Source of the DNA: Chiloscyllium plagiosum
Taxonomy: Eukaryota
Assembly (NCBI RefSeq): GCF_004010195.1
Contig: NC_057719.1
Location: 27,773,458-27,837,457 of the forward strand
Length of the DNA stretch: 64,000 bases
Reading direction: 5' to 3'
Each line of letters opens with the position of its first letter. Positions within the stretch are counted from its first letter, which is position 1. The notes under the pieces were generated by a model. It was given only the letters and a program-made list of their open reading frames with translations, was not told the origin of the DNA and did not search any database. The position numbers were made by a program, and so were the translations under genes. Shown in pieces: positions 38,460-50,238 of the stretch.

Positions 38460-38690
38460 GGTTTGCAGCTACATATGATTGGGATTGGTTTGCCATCCAG
38501 AGTGATGCTAACAACACTGGTTCAATTACTGCATCGACTGAGATTACTATGAACTCTCCTCTTTTTTCCCCCCCCCGCCACTTGCCTGAGGCATGGTGAC
38601 CCTCGGGTTAAACCACCACCAGTTGACTCTCCTAACCTCTCTGAGAGCAGCCATATGCTCTGGTAAGACTATGGTGACATTATCTTTTAT
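38460..38690 (+). mobile_element. tRNA-derived SINE (second family)
   Basis: ggttcaatt B-box remnant, then cctgaggcatggtgaccctcgggttaaaccaccaccagt..gactatggtgac; same family as 41075-41296. Confidence 0.6.
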
Positions 38691-39047
38691 CACATAGCAT
38701 AGTTGACTCTTAATGGCTTTATAAATTTAATTGACATGTACTGCAGGTCAGAGTGTTCTCAATGTTGCCAACAATAAATTTTTAAATAACATAAAAAAGA
38801 TTCTGCATATTCACTAAGAGCAGGGGCTTCTATTGGACATCCTGACCAAATAACTTGCCGCAACTGCCAAGGATTTTAAAGCCAGCTTGTCAAATGTATA
38901 AAAGTTCCTTTTTCACTATGCACTCACCTATGTGCCAATTATGTACTATCAGTTACTTGTGGTCTGTTCATACTGCACATTTACCATTGGTGCAATTTGG
39001 GTCTGAGGTCTAAAACAGCAAAGCGAGACTAAGATTCCTTTGTCCAG

Positions 39048-39113
39048 GTACTCGGGCTGTCTAACACCGCAACTGTAGAGCACTTGTCAACTTCTAAGCA
39101 TTTCAGTCACATG
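39048..39113 (+). other. Candidate internal exon (66 nt) of an unidentified plus-strand transcript
   Basis: Branch-like gactaag, acceptor attcctttgtccag, donor ATG|GTAAGT, in non-repetitive sequence. Confidence 0.45.
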
Positions 39114-40199
39114 GTAAGTGATGGGGTGATTCCTGGGATGAAGGCGTTGACAGATGAGTCAATTATTCATTAGAGTTTAAAAGAATGTGTGATGACCTTA
39201 TTGATACATACAAGATTCTGAGTGAATGAGTGTGGCTTGACAAGGTAGTTTTCACCAGTGGAGGCATCTCAAACTTGGGATCATACACACAGAATAATGG
39301 GACACACTAATATAAAACTGGGATGTGAAGGAATTTCTTCTCCCAGAATACTCTATCCCAGAGAGTTTGTGGAAGCTAGACACAAGAAGTATTTCTAGAG
39401 GAAGTAGATAATTTTTTTAAAATATTGGGAAGTTGAAGGCCATAATAAGTTGGCACAAAAGAGGAATTGAAGTCTGGAACAGATCGGCCGTGATCTTATT
39501 GAATGGAGGTGCAGGCTTGAGCGGCTGAATGGTCTTCTATCCTTATTTCTTTTGTTCTCAGGTACAACATTCTGTCTGGCAACCTCTTTGGCCTTCATCG
39601 CTAGGAGTACATTACAGGTGTTGTTCCTTCAGATTTTAATTGTTGATTAAACTGTGAATTTAGCAGGGTATTTTAAAAATATTTTTCCTTTCAGTGAAAT
39701 CTTTATTTCCCCTTCTTTTACACTCTGGGCTGATTTGACAATAGATGTCCTACTTCAGATTCCCTTCTCAGCTTCTCTTATAAAAAAAAATCAACCTGAT
39801 TTGATGAGAGAAAGGGACAATTAGGTGTCCAGTTCCAAGCCTCGGATTGCACCTTTTGTCAGCTAGTCCACTTAACAATTCGCCAGAGTACAAACAATTG
39901 AACCCAAAGGTACACAGGCGAATCTAACTAATGGCATTGTTACCCATAATCTCCAAGTATAACTCATAATATCTCACTTGAGAGATGCAACCACAGTATG
40001 TACAAAACATAAGGTTCCCAAATCAGTCTCTGTTGAGTTAGTGTAACATTTGACAGGTTTTCAAGACTGGCAAGGGAAAGTCTTTTTGGTTTCTTGATAA
40101 TTGGAGAATCCCTTCCCGGAAAAGAGACTGGTTGTTTGCAATTTATATAACCACTTCATGAGATGGATGCATTTTCGACCCTATATGGAAAAGGATGAA

Positions 40200-40830
40200 C
40201 CTGTCCATTATTTTTTTGAACGGTGACTGACGTGTATTTTAGACACTGCATTGATGTTGTGTCTAAATACAGCTGGATTGCAGTCGGCGAGTGGTGCCCC
40301 TAAAATAAGGGGTTGGCCAAGACCCACTGCTATTTCCAAAGGTGACCCTAACCTCCGCAGTGCGTTCAAATCTGCCGTGCAAAGATAAAATAGTGTACAT
40401 TTCTAGTGATCTCGTAATTGCAGTCACCCCGCTTGTTTGAGGAACTCGCTGTAATCAGACCGTGTGAGGAGGCACGTACGCATCGTTTGAGTGATTTGCA
40501 AAGTGGTATTCCTTGTAGCTGCTGTGCGGAGAGCGGGACGTGATTGCAAGCACTTGCCTGATGGGGGTGTGCCCTTTGGCTGCAGCGTGATTCATGTGGA
40601 AATCCTTTTTACCGGAAAATAACATGAACACCACCACCTCCACCGACTATATATTAACTGGAAATGGAAACGCTCGTTTCCTTTTTGCATCCCTCAAACC
40701 ATCAGACAACACAGTTGGGCTCGGCAAGGCATTTTTTAAAAAAAGCTGGATTGTAAGTATAGCTGTGAGAAAGTAAGTATTTTTTAATTTTAAAAATCGC
40801 ATTTACTTAAATGTTCGGTAAGTAACTAAT
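40200..40830 (+). promoter_or_regulatory. HRE-rich TATA promoter with first-exon donors, antisense to HIF1A
   Basis: RCGTG cores at 40230-40234, 40473-40478 (TACGTG on minus), 40538-40542 and 40585-40589; ETS-like ACCGGAAA at 40611; TATATATT at 40648-40655; GTAAGT at 40753, 40773 and 40818; CpG-rich. Confidence 0.65.
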
Positions 40831-41074
40831 GTGCAGAGTTTCAGTCGGTGGAAACTATAAATTTATTCTATATGAGCGAACCTGGAATAGCGCAGCAGCC
40901 GATATTCTCTTGTGTTAAGATGTTCCTTTCAAAAGCACTTTAACAGAACTGTTCATGTGCACGGTATCCTTTCCTAAGTCGGTGCTATTTTCTACAGCTG
41001 CGTGTGGTGCCTTATAATGTTCGAGGGACTTTTGTAAATCCGCTGAAAGAGCAAGTTTATCATTCTCAAATGTT

Positions 41075-41296
41075 GTGTCGCCATAGTCTTACGAGACCAT
41101 AGGGTCTGCTCTCTCAGTGAGAGAGAGAGAGAAACGACTGGTGATGATCTAACCTGAGGGCCACCAGACCTCATGCGAAGGAAGAGTTTGAGAAGGAGAG
41201 TCCTTCATGGTGATCTCAAACCGGTGATGGGAATTGAACCCACGCTGTTGCCATCGCGCCGCAGTGTAAACCAACAAGATAGCCAACTGAGCTAGA
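41075..41296 (-). mobile_element. tRNA-derived SINE (second family)
   Basis: Minus head tagctcagttggcta and B box gggttcaattccc. Confidence 0.7.
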
Positions 41297-41699
41297 GCGA
41301 TTTCTCAAAAGTAACTATAAGTAAAATACATAGAAACACGAATATTTTGTTCAGTACATTGGCAATTGTAGATGGATGTAAATGTACCTTTTTATGTTTC
41401 ATGTTTTAAAAAAAATGGGAGCATCAAAACCTTACTGAAGTTTGAAAGAAAACCATGTTACCCATTAAATCCTTTGGAAATGTTCACAAGTTTTACCCAC
41501 ACGGGACTGCGGCACCCAGTCCTGATCCGAATTCTGCTCCAGTGCCAGAACTAGGAGTCACATCATTTTGGGTATTGTGGACTGCTCACTCCTGTTAACC
41601 ACATCTCAGAAAAAAAGAGTAATTGTTGGGTTCTGTGGCATTATCCTGTTCCTTTGGTGTAGTGACAGTCAATATCAAGACAGAATATAAGGGAGAAAA

Positions 41700-41905
41700 A
41701 CCAAAATAACTGAGGATGCTGTAAATCAGAAGCAAAAACAGAAGTTGTTGGAAAAGCTCAGCAGGTCTGGCAGCACTTCAGAAAAGAAATCTAAGATATC
41801 GTTTCAGGTCCAGTGACCCTCGGAACTTCTCTAAGGAAGGGTCACCGGACCCGAAATGTTAACTGATTTCTCTTTGCAGATGCTGTCAGACTTGCTGAGA
41901 TTTTA
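41700..41905. repeat. Palindromic Penelope-like mini-element
   Basis: Inverted arms around CTAAGGA-AGGGTC-ACCG-GACCC-GAAA-TGTT (decayed hammerhead). Confidence 0.7.
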
Positions 41906-42217
41906 CAAAATATAAGGGATCTTTTTATGGTGTAATAGTAATGTCCTTATCTTTGGGCTGGAAGCTCGATGGTTAAGATCCACCTCAGGACATGATGGTA
42001 ATAGAGTTGTCGCTTAAATGCATCTAATTGATTTGTTTGACTGTCAATTTGTAAAGCTTTCTAAAACACCTTTGGCAGGTAATAAGATGGGAGAGCTTCC
42101 TGGCCAGCCAGTGGTACCTGCAATACAACAGCCTCCCCACGTTAAAAGATTCCATGTGCAGGTTCTTGGCACAAAATCTCTCCCCCAACCTGAGGGATGC
42201 CCCCACACTGACACACC

Positions 42218-44648
42218 ATAGAACATAGAACAATACAGGCCCTTCGGCCCACGATGTTGTGCCGAACATTTGTCCTAGCTTAAGCACCTATCCATGTATC
42301 TATCCAGTTGTCGCTTAAAGGTCACCAATGATTCTGACTGCCACTCCCACAGGCAGCGCATTCCATGCCCCCACCACTCTCTGGGTAAAGAACCTACCNN
42401 NNNNNNNNNNNNNNNNNNNNNNNNNNNNNNNNNNNNNNNNNNNNNNNNNNNNNNNNNNNNNNNNNNNNNNNNNNNNNNNNNNNNNNNNNNNNNNNNNNNN
42501 NNNNNNNNNNNNNNNNNNNNNNNNNNNNNNNNNNNNNNNNNNNNNNNNNNNNNNNNNNNNNNNNNNNNNNNNNNNNNNNNNNNNNNNNNNNNNNNNNNNN
42601 NNNNNNNNNNNNNNNNNNNNNNNNNNNNNNNNNNNNNNNNNNNNNNNNNNNNNNNNNNNNNNNNNNNNNNNNNNNNNNNNNNNNNNNNNNNNNNNNNNNN
42701 NNNNNNNNNNNNNNNNNNNNNNNNNNNNNNNNNNNNNNNNNNNNNNNNNNNNNNNNNNNNNNNNNNNNNNNNNNNNNNNNNNNNNNNNNNNNNNNNNNNN
42801 NNNNNNNNNNNNNNNNNNNNNNNNNNNNNNNNNNNNNNNNNNNNNNNNNNNNNNNNNNNNNNNNNNNNNNNNNNNNNNNNNNNNNNNNNNNNNNNNNNNN
42901 NNNNNNNNNNNNNNNNNNNNNNNNNNNNNNNNNNNNNNNNNNNNNNNNNNNNNNNNNNNNNNNNNNNNNNNNNNNNNNNNNNNNNNNNNNNNNNNNNNNN
43001 NNNNNNNNNNNNNNNNNNNNNNNNNNNNNNNNNNNNNNNNNNNNNNNNNNNNNNNNNNNNNNNNNNNNNNNNNNNNNNNNNNNNNNNNNNNNNNNNNNNN
43101 NNNNNNNNNNNNNNNNNNNNNNNNNNNNNNNNNNNNNNNNNNNNNNNNNNNNNNNNNNNNNNNNNNNNNNNNNNNNNNNNNNNNNNNNNNNNNNNNNNNN
43201 NNNNNNNNNNNNNNNNNNNNNNNNNNNNNNNNNNNNNNNNNNNNNNNNNNNNNNNNNNNNNNNNNNNNNNNNNNNNNNNNNNNNNNNNNNNNNNNNNNNN
43301 NNNNNNGGCAAGTCCTACCCTTCACAAATCCGTGCTGGCTGTCCCTAATCAAGCAGTGTCTTTCCAGATACTCATAAGTCCTATCCCTCAGTACCCTTTC
43401 CATTACTTTGCCTACCACAGAAGTAAGACTAACAGGCCTGTAATTCCCGGGGTTATCCCTATTCCCTTTTTTGAACAGGGGCACAACATTCGCTACTCTC
43501 CAGTCCCCTGGTACCACTCCCGTTGCCAGTGAAGACGAGAAGATCATTGCCAACGGTACTGCACTTTCCTCTCTTGCTTCCCACATAATCCTAGGATATA
43601 TCCCGTCAGGCCCGGGGGACTTGTCTATCCTCAAGTTGTTCAAAATGTCCAACACATCTTCCTTCCTAACAGGTATCTCTTCTAGCTTACCAGTCCATTT
43701 CACACTCTCCTCTTCTACAATACGGTCCCTCTCGTTCGTAAATACTGAAGAGAAGTACTTGTTCAAGACCTCTCCTATCTCTTCCGACTCAATACACAGT
43801 CTCCCACTACTGTCCTTGTTCGGACCTACCCTCGTTCTCGTCATTCTCAGGTTTCTCACATACGCATAAAATGCCTTGGGGTTATCCTTGATCCTATCTG
43901 CCAACGATTTTTCATGCCCTCTCTTAGCTCTCCTTATCCCTTTCTTCAGGTCCCTTCTGGCTATCCTGTATCCCTCCACTGCTCTGTCTGAATCCTGTTT
44001 CCTCAACCTTATGTAAGCCTCCTTCTTCCTCTTTACCAGACATTCAACCTCTCTCGTCAACCAAGGCTCCCTCACACGACCATTTCTTTCCTGCCTGATA
44101 GGTACATACATATCATGGACACGTCGTATCTGCTCTTTGAAGAAGTTCCACATTTCCACCACATCCTTCCCTGACAGCCTATGCTCCCAACGTATGCTCC
44201 TCAAATCCTGCCTTACAGCATCGTAATTTCCCTTCCCCCAATTATAAAATCTACCTTGTTGTGCGCACCCATCTCTCTTCATAACCAAGGTGAAAGTCAC
44301 AGAATTGTGGTCACCATCACCAAAATGTTCACCCATTAACAAGCCCACCACTTGTCCCGGTTCGTTTCCAAATACCAAATCCAATATGGCCTCCCCTCTG
44401 GTTGGACAATCTACATACTGAGTTAGAAAAGCTTCCTGGACACACTGCACAAACACCGCCCCGTCCAATCTACTTGATCTAAAGAGCTTCCAATCAATAT
44501 TTGGGAAGTTGAAATTGCCCATGACTACTACTCTGTGGCTTCTGTACCTTTCCAAAATCTGTTTCCCAATCTGTTTCTCCACATCTCTGCTGCTATTGGG
44601 GGGCCTATAGTAAACACCCAACAAGGTGACTGCTCCTTTCCTATTTCC
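42218..44648 (-). mobile_element. Young 5'-truncated CR1 LINE; ORF2 uninterrupted up to the gap
   Basis: Open frame 44624-43307 from GVYYRPP through NFNFP, GDHNS and NYRPVSLTS to QHGFVKG; tail (catagaa)n at ~42218. Confidence 0.96.
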
Positions 44649-44832
44649 AGGATCAAATATTAAGAAGCATTCAAAGTCAAGTGTTTTCTGGGTGCAGGCA
44701 GTGAGTATTTTTGTAATAGCCGTCTACCCAGGGCAGCAAATATGTATTTTTGCTTAACAGAAACAAAACTAGAAATTGTTGGAAAAGTTCAACAGGTTTA
44801 TGGAGCGAAATCTGAGTTAAAGTTTCAGGTTA

Positions 44833-46625
44833 ACGTGTGAGGAATAAGAGAATGCTCAGGGAGAAGGTAGGGCTGGTCAGGGATAGCGGAGGGAACTTGT
44901 GCGTGGAGTCTGAGCAGACAGGGGAAGCCCTAAATGAGTTTTTTGATTTGGTTTTCACCAAGGAAAGGGAACTTGTTTTAAATGAAAACTTTGAGGAGCT
45001 GGGATACGTGCTTCCCCAGATCAAGATTGATCAAGTTGATGTACTGGAAATGTTGGAAAACATTAAGATTGATAAGTCTCCAGGGCCAGACCAAATTTAT
45101 CCTAGGCTATGCTCCGGGAAGTGAGACATGAGGTTGCTAAGCTGCTGGCGAGGATATTTGCTGCCTCACTCTCCATGGGAGTTATATTGGAGGATTGGAA
45201 AGAGGCGAATATTGTTCCTCTTTTCAAGAAGGGTAATAGGGAAATTCCTGGCAATTAGAGACCAGTCTTGGGTCTGTGGTCAGCAAAGTTTTGGAAAGAA
45301 TTCTGAGGGATAGGATTTATGACTATTTGGCAAAGCATAATGTGATTAAAGGCAGTTAGCATGGCTTTGTGAGGGGCAGGTCATGCTTCACAAATCTTAT
45401 TGAGTTCTTTTGAGGAGGTGTTAAGACAGGTTGATGAAGGTTGAGCAGTGGATGTCGTGCATATGACTTCAGCAAGGCATTTGATAAGGTTCCCATGGTA
45501 GGCTCATTCATAAAGTCAGGAAGTATGGGATACAGGGAGATTTGACTGTCTGGATTCGGAATTTGCTGGCTGACAGAAGGCAGTGAGTGGTCGTAGATGG
45601 AATGTATTCTGCCTGGAGGTCAGTGTTGAGTGGGGTCTTGCAGGGCTCTGTTCTTGGGCTTCTGCTCTTTGTAGTTTTTATAAATGACTTGGATGAGGAG
45701 GTTGAGGGTTGGGTCAGTAATTTGCAGATGACACAAAGGTTGGAGGTGTTGTTGATAGTATAGAGGGCTACTGCAGGCTGCAGCACAACATAGACAGGAT
45801 GCAGAGCTGGGCTGAGAATGGCAGATGGAGTTCAACCCGGATAAATGCGAAGTGATGCATTTTGAAAGGTCGAACTTGAATGCTGAATATAGGATTAAAG
45901 ACAGGATTCTTGGCAAGTGGAGGAACAGAGGGATCTGGGTATGCAAGTACATAGATCCCACTAAGTTGCCACCCAAGTGGATAGGGTTGTTAAGAAAGCA
46001 TGTGGTGTTTTGGCTTTCATTAACAGGGGGATCAAGTTTAAGAGCCATGAGGTTTTGCTGCAGCTCTACAAGTCCCTGGTAAGACCACACTTGGAATATT
46101 GTGTCCAATTCTGGTCGCCCTACTATAGGAAAGATACAGAGACTTTGGATCGGATGCAAAGAAAATTTACCAGGATGCTGCCTGGACTCGAGGACTTTCC
46201 TTATGAAGAAAGGTTGAATAAGCTTGGACTTTTCTCTTGAGAGAAAGAGCGAAGGAGGAAGAGTGGAGACCTGATCAAGGTATAAAAAATAATGAGTGGC
46301 ATAGATAGAGTCAATAGCCAGAGACTTTTCCCCAGGGCTGGATTGACTGGCACGAGGAGTCCTAGTTTGAAGATATTAGGAGGAAGGTATAAAGGAGATG
46401 TCAGAGGTAGGTTCTTTACGCAGAGAGCTGTGGATGCATGGAATACGTTGCCTGTAGTGGTGGTGGAAGCAGAGTCATTGGGGACATTTAAGCGACTGCT
46501 GGACATGCACATGGATCGCAGTGAGTTGAGGAGTGTGTAGGTTAAGTTACTATGTTTTACATTCGGATTAAACCTCGGCACAACATCGTGGGCCAAAGGG
46601 CCTGTTCTGTGCTGTACTTTTCTAA
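44833..46625 (+). mobile_element. CR1 LINE, 5'-truncated, same subfamily as 13995-15617
   Basis: RT motifs and a near-identical 3' UTR. It is inserted into a Penelope-like mini-element (44755-44832 and 46626-46710). Confidence 0.94.
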
Positions 46626-46832
46626 GTTCAAGTGACTCTTCCTCAAAACTATTTCTGTTTCTTTTTGCTTCTGACTTACAGCATCTGTAGTTCTTTCAGT
46701 TTTTATTTTTTAACAGATGGTTCTTAAGATTTTCTTTCGAGGGCTGTTTGATTTTATGGGGCTTTCTTTTTCTTCTTCACTAACTAACTCGTTTATTAGG
46801 TGATAGTCGCATAGTAACAAGACCTTGTCTAT

Positions 46833-46912
46833 TTTTGTTGATGTAGGATATATTAATTATCGATCCTTCATTAAATGTGGATCGATAATTAATATATCCC
46901 ACATCAACAAAA
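46833..46912. repeat. Near-perfect hairpin: 34-bp arms, 12-nt loop
   Basis: 46833-46866 pairs with 46879-46912 with one mismatch. Confidence 0.92.
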
Positions 46913-48446
46913 TAATCTCTTCTCTTCCCCCCCCCCCCGATCTGAGGGATGACCTCACACAGACAAACAAGGAAAGTGGTCACTTGTTAGACAGCACAAT
47001 AAACTTTAGGTAGCAAGTTTTTTTCCCACAAAATAACTGAAACCACACAAGGCCGAAACTCACTTTCCACAGATTAAGGTCACCTAATTTATTTCTGTCA
47101 CTGGAAGGTTTAGCTGGAAGCTGGTAATTAGTACTTTTTTTTATATATATATATTGAAACTCTGGTCTCAATCTTAGATTCAAATCTCTGATTACAGTAG
47201 CATCCACTACACTCTGCTCCTGAAAAGATTTAAGCTCGAGATTCTACTTTATTTGCAAGCAATTCATTGTCTTTGTGATTTAATGTTTTCCTGGCTCTTA
47301 CTGAGTCTTGCTTTGTTAACATGGTGAAAATGTTCACTCTCTTTTGCAGCCTTCCCATTTCCCCTTGTGACTTTCTGTCCCACATTTCCCTTGCAGCTTT
47401 TCTTTTCCTAGCCCTTTGTAGCATTTACATTCCCCAACAGACAGCTCCTTGCTCTGGCGAAGACTTCTCCTTGCCTGCAGCTCACTTATTTACTTACTTT
47501 CTTTCCTTACTGAGCCTACTTGCAGGCAGAAAGCCTGTCCTCACCAATTATATATAGACCCTCACGGAGGTGACTTTTTTCCGATTGGCTGTTCCAATGA
47601 TATAATTTTCCTGGATGTTATGCAGTCTTCTGGGGCAAAATCACCCACCACCCAAACCTCAACTCATTTTGCAGAATCATTTATTCATGTTGCTGGTATT
47701 GTCAGACCAGAGCGTAACACCTCCTGGTATAATGCCACTATTAGCATTATCTAAACTTAAAGCATTTTGTTTCTCAAAGAGAAAACTACATATAATTTAA
47801 ACATAACTTGCCTTAGGTGCATAATTAATCATTTTATTTTTGATGTGGATTTGTTTTTATTTTTCTCATTACAAACAGCCTAAAACTGTATAACCATTAG
47901 CTGAAATGCATTAAGAATATGAGGGAACATCCATGTAGACTATTACAAACTGACGAGAAGCATTGTCATTTGTCTTCCTTGTGCCTCATGGCCAGAGGTT
48001 AGCAGTTGCTTCGTTCCCAGTTTCACAGTTCATATTTACATCATCTTTAATTTAAATATTCACAACAGCTCAGTTCTGATCTGCTGCTACTTTAACTTTG
48101 AACAGATCAAAAAAACATTGGAAAATGTTGTCACATTATTTAAACTAGAAAGCATGTGCAGGTTCAAGATTTATGTAGGGCATCATTGGTTTTAAAGCTT
48201 GCATTGAAAAAATTTTTGGATGTTTTACTTATGATGTCCTTCAAGGAGTGATTCTGGGACAAAGAGGCTAGTCAAAGAGGCTAGTTGCTAGCTTGTTGCA
48301 ACTTGCATTTCTTCTCTCTCAGAAATGTAAAATCTTGTGAACAGCACCGCAGTTTGTAGTTGCACTCCACCATTTATCCACAGAGGATATGTATACTGTT
48401 GGGGTATGTGGGGGCACACATCACAAACAATTCTTGTTCTCACTTT

Positions 48447-50238
48447 CTATAGAACAAAGAACATTACAGCACAATACATGCCCTTCTGCCCTCTGGGTCC
48501 ACAGGTCGGCGAAACAATCTGAAGCCCATCGAGCCTACACTATTTCATTTACAGCCATATATTTATCCAATGACTGTTTAAATGTGCTTAAAGTTGACGG
48601 GTCTACTACATTTGCAGGCAGGGCGTTCCATGTGTACTGCTCTCTAAGTAAAGAAACTACCTCTGACATCTATCCTATATCTATCGCTCCTCAATTTAAA
48701 GCTATGTGCCCTCGTGCTAGCCATCACCATCTGAGGAAAAAGGCTCTCACTGTCCACCCTATTTAACCCACTGATTATCTTGTGTCTCAATTAAGTCACC
48801 TTTCAACCTTCTTCTCTCTAATGAAAACAGCCTCAAGTCTGTCAACCTTTCCTCAATAGACCTTCCTTCCTTCCTTCCTTACCAGGTAACATCCTAGTAA
48901 ATTGCCTTGGAACACTTTCCAAAACTTCCACACCTTCCTTAAAGTGCTGTGACCAGAACTGTACGCAAAACTCCAAGTGTGGCTGCAGCAGAGTTTTGTA
49001 CAGCTGCAGCATGACCTCATGGCTTTGAAACTCAATTCCTGTACCCATAAAAGCTAACACACCGTATGCCACCTTAACAACCCTATCAATCTGGGTGACA
49101 ACTTTGAGGGATTTATGTAAATCGACACCAATCTCTCCCTGCCCATCTATATTACCAAACATCTTACCATTAGCTCAGTATGCTTTGGAAGGAGCAACAG
49201 GAATAAAGTGAATTACCTCATATTTTTCCACATTAAACTCCATTTGCTACCCCTCAGCCCAGCTCTGCAGCTTATCTATGTCCCTCTGTAACCTGCAACA
49301 TCCTTTGGCACTATCCACAACTCCATTGACCTTAGTGTTATCTGCAAATTTACTAACCCATCCTTCTACGCCTTCATCTAGGTCGTTGATAAAAATCACG
49401 AACAGCAGTAGCCCTTAAACAGATCATTGCGGTACACCACTAGTAACTGAACTCCAGTATGAACATTTCCCATCAACCATCACCCTCTGTCCTCTTTCAG
49501 CTAGCCAGTTTTGGATCCAAACCACTAAACCACCTTCAATCCCATGCCTCTGCATTTTATGCAATAGCCTATTGTGGGGAACCTTATCAAATGTCTTGCT
49601 GAAATCCATATACACAACAACTGCTTTACTCTCATCCATGTGTTTGGTCACCTTCTCAAAGAATTCAATAAAGGCTGTGAGGCACAACCCACCCTTCTCA
49701 AAACAGTGTTGACTATCCCGAATCAACTTTATTCCTTTCTAGATGACTATGAGTCCTATCTCTTTATAACCTTTTTCAACACTTTACCCACAACTGAAGG
49801 AAGGCTCACTGGTCTATAATTGCCAGGGTTGCCTCTACTCCTCTCCTTGAACAAGGGGGAATAACATCTGCTTACCTGCTGACATCTGGCACTATTTCTG
49901 TCGACAATGACGACATAAAGATCAAAGCAAAAGGCTCTGCAATGTCCTCCCTGATTTCCCAGAGAATCATAGGATAAATCCCATCCTGCTGAGGGGAGTT
50001 ATCTATTTTCAAACTTATCAGAATTGCTAACACTTCCTTCTTTGTGAGCCTCAATCCCATCTAGTCTATTAGCCTGTATCTCAATATTCTCTTTGGAAAA
50101 AGACAATGTTGTCAGTGTGAATACCGATGAAAAATATTTATTTAGTGCTTCTCCTATCTCCTTGGACTCCATGCACAACTTTTCACTACTGTCTTTGATT
50201 GGGCCTAAACCTACTCCAGTCATTCCTTTATTCCTGAT
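48447..50238 (-). mobile_element. CR1 LINE, 5'-truncated
   Basis: Minus ORFs with DFSKTFDKVPH, GVPQ and LYKTLLQPHLEFC. Confidence 0.93.
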
